Positions 58,659 through 64,000 of a stretch of 64,000 bases of DNA are shown piece by piece. Origin of the DNA: Promethearchaeati archaeon (GTDB lineage Archaea; Asgardarchaeota; Heimdallarchaeia; Heimdallarchaeales; Heimdallarchaeaceae); assembly GCA_013166775.1 (NCBI GenBank), contig JABLTJ010000001.1, positions 1-64,000 on the forward strand, given 5' to 3'. Position numbers and translations under genes: made by a program. The notes beneath the pieces were generated by a model. It saw nothing but the letters and a program-made list of their open reading frames with translations, searched no databases and was not told the origin of the DNA. Positions within the stretch are counted from its first letter, which is position 1; each line of letters begins with the position of its first letter.

Positions 58659-59672
58659 ATGCCAACAACTAAAGATTATCTATTAAAAAAATATCAAAGA
58701 AATGCTATTGATGAATATTTAGCAAAGGAGTTAAGAAATGCTGAATATGGGGGAGTTGAGTTAAGAAGAACCCCTCTTGGGGATAGAGTTATTTTAAAAG
58801 TAGGGAGAGTAGGATTAGCAATTGGGGGGAGAGGAAGAAATATACACAGAATAACTGAAAGACTTAGAGAAGATTATGGTCTTGATAATCCACAAATTGA
58901 AGTTACTGAAGTTGATAATCCAGAGTTAGATTCAAGAATTATGGCATACCGTTTAGCTTCCTCACTAGAAAGAGGAAGACATTTCAGAAGAAGTGCACAT
59001 GGTATCATAAGGAGAATTCTTTCTTCTGGAGCTAAGGGAGTAGAAATTAAAATTAGTGGTAAAATAACAAGTCAAAGGGCAAGAGTAGAAACATTCAGAG
59101 CTGGATTTGTTGCAAAAGCCGGTGATCCCGCTGATCGATTTGTTGATGTTGGAAAAGCTCAAGCGCTAATTAGAAGAGGACTAATTGGGGTTCAAGTTCA
59201 TATAATGCAAGGAGAAGCATTGCTTCCTGATGATATAGAAATAACTGCTGAACCTACTTCAACATCAATGATTGTGGTTACTGAAGGTGAAGAACCAGAA
59301 ATAATTGAAGAAATTAGTGAAGAAGCTATTGAAGATGTTTTTGAAGAACTTGAAGAGTACCCAGAGATTGAAGCAGAAATTAAGGCAACCAAAAAAACAA
59401 AGAAATCCAAAGATGAATTTGCAGAGCTCGATGAAGTAGATAAAGTATCCAAGCCAAAGAAGGCACCTAAGAAGGAAGAAGTATCCAAGCCAAAGAAGGC
59501 ACCCAAGAAGGAAGAAGAAGCTAAGCCAAAGAAGGCACCTAAGAAGGAAGAAGAAGCTAAGCCAAAGAAGGCACCTAAGAAGGAAGAAGAAGCTAAGCCA
59601 AAGAAGGCACCTAAGAAGGAAGAAGAAGCTAAGCCAAAGAAGGTAACTAAGAAAAAGGAAAAAGAAGAATAA
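58659..59672 (+). CDS. rps3: 30S ribosomal protein uS3 with long acidic and Lys/Pro-repeat C-terminal tail
   Basis: TPLG, IG..G..I KH domain, GAKGVEI.ISGK...RAR. Confidence 0.96.
   Translation: MPTTKDYLLKKYQRNAIDEYLAKELRNAEYGGVELRRTPLGDRVILKVGRVGLAIGGRGRNIHRITERLREDYGLDNPQIEVTEVDNPELDSRIMAYRLASSLERGRHFRRSAHGIIRRILSSGAKGVEIKISGKITSQRARVETFRAGFVAKAGDPADRFVDVGKAQALIRRGLIGVQVHIMQGEALLPDDIEITAEPTSTSMIVVTEGEEPEIIEEISEEAIEDVFEELEEYPEIEAEIKATKKTKKSKDEFAELDEVDKVSKPKKAPKKEEVSKPKKAPKKEEEAKPKKAPKKEEEAKPKKAPKKEEEAKPKKAPKKEEEAKPKKVTKKKEKEE
59451..59650 (+). repeat. 36-bp coding tandem repeat, 5 full units plus a partial unit, encoding KPKKAPKKEE(EA/VS)
   Basis: AAGCCAAAGAAGGCACCTAAGAAGGAAGAAGAAGCT units in frame within rps3. 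Confidence 0.95.
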
Positions 59673-59683
59673 AGGTGATATGG

Positions 59684-59887
59684 ATGGCACTTATTCGAAC
59701 AAGCGAAATCAGAAAAATGACTAAAGAGCAAAGAATAAAAAAATTAGATGAATATAAAAAGAAATTATTCACAGTTCGTTCAGAATTGTCTTCTGGAGGA
59801 TCAATTGAAAATCCAGGTCAAATTAATGATTATAAAACAGCAATAGCTCGTATTTTAACAATAATGACTGAATTAGATGAAATTTAG
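59684..59887 (+). CDS. rpl29: 50S ribosomal protein uL29
   Basis: EIR.M...R..KL...ENPG.I...K..IARILT. Confidence 0.93.
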   Translation: MALIRTSEIRKMTKEQRIKKLDEYKKKLFTVRSELSSGGSIENPGQINDYKTAIARILTIMTELDEI

Positions 59888-60196
59888 ATGAATCTTAAAA
59901 CTAGAAAAAAAGATAGGTTATCTGAAGTTTGGTCTAAACTAGCTGCTACATTATGTGGCTTGAAGCTTATCATAAAAGAAAGTTCATCTAAAGAACTGGA
60001 GGGAATTAAGGGATTAGTTTTAGAAGAAACAGCTCAAATGATAAAATTGAAAACAGAGGAAAAAACAATCTGGATTCCAAAGAAGAACCAGTTTTTTGAA
60101 ATAGAACTGAAAAATGGTTTAAAATATCTAGTGGACGGTAAGATTTTGCTTGGAAAGCCTGAAGCAAGAATTAAAAGAAAAATCCCAAATTGGTAA
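59888..60196 (+). CDS. rnp1: Ribonuclease P protein component 1 (Rpp29/Pop4)
   Basis: L.GL...I........GI.G.V..ET...IPK....F...VDG..L...PE.R. Confidence 0.88.
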   Translation: MNLKTRKKDRLSEVWSKLAATLCGLKLIIKESSSKELEGIKGLVLEETAQMIKLKTEEKTIWIPKKNQFFEIELKNGLKYLVDGKILLGKPEARIKRKIPNW

Positions 60197-60323
60197 TAAG
60201 AAGCAATTTTACGTATTTTATTCCACTAAAGAGATTTTTCTTAACAATGAAAAGGATTAAAAAGATAAGAGAGGGGAAATGATAGTCAAAAATAAATTCT
60301 ATTAGAATATAAATAGGATTTGA

Positions 60324-60420
60324 GGTATTTGACGTCTTACTCCAAGAAAATTGGAGCCGAGATTGTTAGCTCTTTACTTTTGAATAATAAAGAGCGAACA
60401 TGGGTATAAGACGCTGTACC
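60324..60420 (+). ncRNA. Candidate structured cis-regulatory leader (three-way junction) upstream of rps17
   Basis: Nested pairings CGTCTTA/TAAGACG, CTCCAA/TTGGAG, TGTT/AACA and GCTCTTTA/TAAAGAGC, ending directly before the SD GAGGTG. Confidence 0.55.
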
Positions 60421-60435
60421 GAGGTGGAAAAAAGA

Positions 60436-60768
60436 ATGTCTAAAGTAAAAAATATAGGACTTCCAGGTGTAGAACCACCTGCAACAGAATGCGAAGATCC
60501 TCGTTGTCCTTTTCATGGTAAACTTCCTGTAAGAGGAAGGGTTTTCCAAGGTAAAGTGATATCAGATAAAATGAGGAGAACTGTAGTTATCCGACGAGAT
60601 TTCTTGAAATACGTAAAGAAGTATAGAAGATACGAAAGAGCTCACGGGAAGATTTCTGCTCATAATCCACCATGTCTCAATGTAAAAGAAGGAGATGTGG
60701 TCTTAGCTGCAGAATGTCGTCCATTAGCAAAAACAGTCAGTTTCGTAGTCGTTCAAAAGTTGAAATAA
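60436..60768 (+). CDS. rps17: 30S ribosomal protein uS17
   Basis: C.D..CPFHG.L.VRG, KY.RYE, AHNPPC and ECRPL.KT..FVV; ATG at 60436 follows GAGGTG. Confidence 0.96.
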   Translation: MSKVKNIGLPGVEPPATECEDPRCPFHGKLPVRGRVFQGKVISDKMRRTVVIRRDFLKYVKKYRRYERAHGKISAHNPPCLNVKEGDVVLAAECRPLAKTVSFVVVQKLK

Positions 60769-60777
60769 GGTGGTATT

Positions 60778-61194
60778 ATGGCGAAAAGAAAAACAGTTGG
60801 ACGAACTCAAGTTCATATAACAAAAGGACTAATGGTGGGCTCCAAAATTAGATGTGCAGATAATTCTGGAGCAAGAATAGTGCAAATTATAGCTGTAAAG
60901 CACTATAGAGGAAGACTCAATCGTATCCCTCGTGCCTCCGTATCAGATATGGTTATTGTATCTGTAAAGCAAGGAACTCCTCAAAGAAGAAAACAGATTT
61001 TTTCAGCGGTTGTCGTAAGACAAAAATTAGCTTATCGTCGCCGTTCTGGAGATTGGATTCAATTTGAAGAGAATGCTGTTGTGTTAACAAACGAAGTAGG
61101 GGATCCCATTGGAAGTGAAATTAGAGGACCCATTGCCAAAGAAGCAGCTGAAAAATGGCCAAGGATTGCTCATCAAGCATCCATTATAGTTTAG
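60778..61194 (+). CDS. rpl14: 50S ribosomal protein uL14
   Basis: CADNSGA, GRLNR.P.A, FEENA.V and GPIAKEAA motifs. Confidence 0.97.
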   Translation: MAKRKTVGRTQVHITKGLMVGSKIRCADNSGARIVQIIAVKHYRGRLNRIPRASVSDMVIVSVKQGTPQRRKQIFSAVVVRQKLAYRRRSGDWIQFEENAVVLTNEVGDPIGSEIRGPIAKEAAEKWPRIAHQASIIV

Positions 61195-61205
61195 GAGTGA
61201 TGAAG

Positions 61206-61766
61206 ATGACAGCAATAAAAACAAAACAACCACGAAAACAACGTAAAAGATACTTCAAAGCTCCTTATCACATTCGAAACAGAATGATGACAGCTCCACT
61301 CTCTGATGCACTTAGAGAAAAATATGGCGTTCGTCGTCTTCCAGTTCATAGGGATGACAAAATTGTGGTTTTCAAAAACAAATCAGGCGATGAGGAAATC
61401 AAAGGAAAAGTAATTAAAGTTTTACCTCAACAATACGCAATTCATATTGAAGGACATAGTAAAGAGAAAGCTGATGGTACCATTGTTAGTTTTCCTGTTC
61501 ATCCAAGCAATGTTGTAATTACTTCTTTACATTTAAGAGATAGAAAACGTAGAGAAATGATTCAGCGACGTTCAAGGAAGGAGCTTACTGAAGAAGAGTT
61601 GACTGCGGGAATATATGATGATGAGGAAGAGTTAGAAGAAACTCTTGAAGATCATGACATCCCTGAGGAAGAAGATCTATTTGAAGAATTTGAAGAATTA
61701 GAAGCTGATGACTCTGCAGCGGTTGAAGACTCTACAGAAGCTGAAAAAGAGGAGGTGTCATCATGA
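61206..61766 (+). CDS. rpl24: 50S ribosomal protein uL24 with acidic C-terminal tail
   Basis: QPRKQRK...AP.H, LS..LR.KYG.R..PV...D and HPSNV.I motifs. Confidence 0.95.
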   Translation: MTAIKTKQPRKQRKRYFKAPYHIRNRMMTAPLSDALREKYGVRRLPVHRDDKIVVFKNKSGDEEIKGKVIKVLPQQYAIHIEGHSKEKADGTIVSFPVHPSNVVITSLHLRDRKRREMIQRRSRKELTEEELTAGIYDDEEELEETLEDHDIPEEEDLFEEFEELEADDSAAVEDSTEAEKEEVSS

Positions 61767-62530
61767 CAAAAAGTGGTAGCAAAAGACATCTAAAGAGATA
61801 TATGGTTTCTAAACATATTCCTGTTTCCAAGAAAGAATTCAAGTATACAGTTAAACCAGCTCCGGGACCACATGCAGCAGATGATTGTATCCCTATAGCA
61901 ATTTTGCTCAGAGATATGTTCAACTACGCTCGAAACATGAGTGAAATAAAGAGAATTTTATACGAACGAAATGTAGTTGTAGATGGGAGAGTAAAAACAA
62001 ATAGAAAACATCCTTTAGGATTTATGGATGTACTTTCATTCCCAAAAATAAACGAGCACTATAGGTTGATTTACTTGCCAAAAATGGGACTTAGAACCGT
62101 TCCAATAACTGAAAACGAAATGAATGTAAAACTGTGTCAAATCAAAAATAAGACTACAATAAAAGGAGGATTGACTCAAATAAATCTTCATGATGGTCGA
62201 AACATAATTTTAAGTCCAGAAGATTCAAAAAACCAATCCTATTATACTCATAACACATTGAAAATATCCATTCCAGACCAGAAAATACTAGAAAGCTATG
62301 AATTGAAAATTGGCAATTATGGTTTTGTTACAAGTGGTAGATGGATGGGTAAGCACGGGATTATTGAAGAAATAAGTAGTCATGGAACAAAGAAAACACG
62401 AACAGTGACATTAAACACATCTGAAGGAGAAAAATTAGTTACTCTGTACCGGTATATCTTTGTTGTTGGAGCTGAATCTCCAAGTGTAACTATTGAAGGC
62501 AAGAAGATAAAGGTGAAAGCTAATGAGTGA
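61763..62530 (+). CDS. rps4e: 30S ribosomal protein eS4
   Basis: HLKR, P.PGPH, VDG.V, PLGFMDV and LHDGRN motifs. Confidence 0.96.
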   Translation: MTKSGSKRHLKRYMVSKHIPVSKKEFKYTVKPAPGPHAADDCIPIAILLRDMFNYARNMSEIKRILYERNVVVDGRVKTNRKHPLGFMDVLSFPKINEHYRLIYLPKMGLRTVPITENEMNVKLCQIKNKTTIKGGLTQINLHDGRNIILSPEDSKNQSYYTHNTLKISIPDQKILESYELKIGNYGFVTSGRWMGKHGIIEEISSHGTKKTRTVTLNTSEGEKLVTLYRYIFVVGAESPSVTIEGKKIKVKANE

Positions 62531-63089
62531 TGAAGCTGTAGAACAAGAGACTTTTGTACCTCAATTTGCTGAGGAGTGGGAAAAAAGTCCAATGAAAAAA
62601 CCTCGATTAACTGCTTTAATTATTAATGCTTCTATTGGTGAATCAGGACCAAGATTCGAAAGAGCAAAAGAGATTTTGCGACAGATTACAAACAAAGAAC
62701 CAGCGGATAGACATGCTAAAGAAAGTGTTAGAGGTTTCAATATCAGAAAAGGAGAACCCATAGCTGCTTTAGTTACATTAAGAGGAGAAGATGCTAAAAC
62801 AATGCTAAAAAGATTGCTTTACGCTTATGATTATATCTTAAAAGCAAATTCTTTTGATAATCAAGGAAACTTTGCCTTTGGTATAAACGAACATGTCGAT
62901 ATCGAAAATGCACCATTTGATCCAATGTTAGGAACTATAGGATTCAATGTAGTTGTAAAACTGGAAAGATCTGGTTATAGATTGAAGTATAGACAAAGAA
63001 AAAGAAAGAAGATCCCCAAAAAACATTTGTTAAATCCATCAGAAGCAATGGAGTTTATGAGGACAGAGTTTGGGGTGAAGATAATTTAG
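62523..63089 (+). CDS. rpl5: 50S ribosomal protein uL5
   Basis: GESG, F.IRKGEPI...VTLRG and FD..GNF.FGI.EH motifs. Confidence 0.96.
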   Translation: MSDEAVEQETFVPQFAEEWEKSPMKKPRLTALIINASIGESGPRFERAKEILRQITNKEPADRHAKESVRGFNIRKGEPIAALVTLRGEDAKTMLKRLLYAYDYILKANSFDNQGNFAFGINEHVDIENAPFDPMLGTIGFNVVVKLERSGYRLKYRQRKRKKIPKKHLLNPSEAMEFMRTEFGVKII

Positions 63090-63099
63090 GTGACGGAAA

Positions 63100-63267
63100 A
63101 TGCAAAAAAGAAGAGAAATTAACTATGGAAAAGGATCTCGAACCTGCAGACGTTGCGGAACACACAAAGCTATTATTAGGCGAGGTGGTTTGTCTGTCTG
63201 TAGAAGATGTATTAGAGAAATTTACACCAAAATAGGCTTCAGAAAAACAGGAAGTCGTGGAGGATAA
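63100..63267 (+). CDS. rps14: 30S ribosomal protein uS14 (Zn-binding)
   Basis: Not in ORF track. MQKRREINYGKGSRTCRRCGTHKAIIRRGGLSVCRRCIREIYTKIGFRKTGSRGG. Confidence 0.95.
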   Translation: MQKRREINYGKGSRTCRRCGTHKAIIRRGGLSVCRRCIREIYTKIGFRKTGSRGG

Positions 63268-63279
63268 GGAGGTAATAAT

Positions 63280-63669
63280 ATGCAAATGGATACACTATCA
63301 GATGCTTTAACTGCAATCTTGAATGCTGAAAAGACAGGAAAGAAAACCGTCACTGTTAAACCTGCAAGCAAGATAATCGCTAATGTACTAAGAACTGTAC
63401 AAAGAGCAGGATATCTCGGCGAGTTAGAATATATAGAAAATCATAGAGGGGGCATGTTCGATATCCAACTTCTTGGACGAATAAACAAATGTGGAGTTAT
63501 CAAACCTCGTTTTCCTGTTAAAAAGGATAAATTTGAAGAAGAAGAAAGGAAATATCTACCTGCTAGAGGTTTTGGGATTATAGTAGTTACTACTCCAGAA
63601 GGAGTTATGAGCCACGAAGATGCAAAAGAAAAAGGAATTGGAGGACGTCTATTAGCCTATATGTTCTGA
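63280..63669 (+). CDS. rps8: 30S ribosomal protein uS8
   Basis: D.L.DAL..I.NAE, GRINKCG.IKPRF, LPA..FG and GG.L.AY motifs. Confidence 0.97.
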   Translation: MQMDTLSDALTAILNAEKTGKKTVTVKPASKIIANVLRTVQRAGYLGELEYIENHRGGMFDIQLLGRINKCGVIKPRFPVKKDKFEEEERKYLPARGFGIIVVTTPEGVMSHEDAKEKGIGGRLLAYMF

Positions 63670-63678
63670 GGTGATTAC

Positions 63679-64000
63679 ATGCAACAATTATATTTAAAAA
63701 GGGATATTGAATTGCCGGAAGATGTTACTATTACACTGAAAGATAATGTTGTAACAGCAGAAGGAGCTAAAGGAAAACTCACACGAGATTTCTCTGATTT
63801 CGATGTAGAATTGAAGAAAACGAAGACAAAAGTCAACGTTAAAGCTTATTTCATCAACAAGAAAAAGAAAGCTAAAGCATTAGCTTTAGTAGGCTATATT
63901 CAAAACATGATTAAGGGAGTAACTGAAGGGTATATTTACAAATCAAAAATAGTCTATAGTCACTTTCCCATCACAGTGGAACCAGATAATAAGAAGAAGA
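63679..64000 (+). CDS. rpl6: 50S ribosomal protein uL6, 3' end runs off the window
   Basis: Not in ORF track. MQQLYLKRDIELPEDVTI...G.KG.L.RDF...IQNMIKGVTEGY.YK.KIVYSHFPI. Confidence 0.94.
   Translation, partial: MQQLYLKRDIELPEDVTITLKDNVVTAEGAKGKLTRDFSDFDVELKKTKTKVNVKAYFINKKKKAKALALVGYIQNMIKGVTEGYIYKSKIVYSHFPITVEPDNKKK

Noticed and set aside
59451-59650. 36-bp repeats as a CRISPR array
   Set aside because: The units are contiguous with no unique spacers, lie in frame inside rps3, and there are no cas genes.
59198-59731. Antisense ORFs of 177 and 141 aa with hydrophobic repeats
   Set aside because: They mirror the uS3 Lys/Glu repeat, whose reverse strand lacks stops.
1149-63285. Remaining short ORFs in the track that overlap annotated genes (e.g. 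1149-1412, 1904-2137, 7295-7624, 16927-17310, 22792-23157, 56704-56979, 63055-63285)
   Set aside because: They are antisense or alternate-frame shadows of well-supported genes, with no recognisable motifs.
1-64000. Provirus, transposon or defence island at the tRNA genes
   Set aside because: No integrase, transposase, capsid or defence genes, and no duplicated tRNA 3' ends were found.

Overview
Low-GC, gene-dense archaeal chromosome segment. It is most consistent with an Asgard archaeon (Heimdallarchaeia-like); this is an inference from eL38, Rpa3, Hef, a DPM2-like protein and a C-terminally anchored surface protein, not a computed placement. Content is mostly housekeeping: glmS/PGI-PMI/TrmB, PAN, TFS-Rpa3-PCNA-GINS, TFE, scattered A/V-ATPase subunits (A, B, H, F, D), Csl4-Rpo11-aIF2a-Nop10, the SRP54-Pus10-eL21-Rpo4-RsmA cluster, AspRS, aRF1, Hef, ValRS and a ribosomal protein cluster from uL22 to uL6. 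There are five tRNAs, three with BHB introns, one of them at non-canonical position 23/24. No CRISPR array, transposase or integrase is visible. The best candidates for new biology are: (1) a membrane-anchored coiled-coil/polyproline protein ending in a WH2-like helix plus LKK motif, resembling an actin nucleation-promoting factor; (2) a tandem bactofilin pair, one of which shares a helical-hairpin motif with protein 1; (3) a DPM2-like two-TM protein; (4) a three-way-junction RNA directly in front of the uS17 Shine-Dalgarno sequence, a candidate archaeal ribosomal leader; (5) a cell-surface caspase-like (clan CD) protease. Also present are two single-base frameshifted genes, probable pseudoenzymes, and several genes missing from the ORF track (glmS, Nop10, uS14, uL6, a 38-aa membrane peptide).
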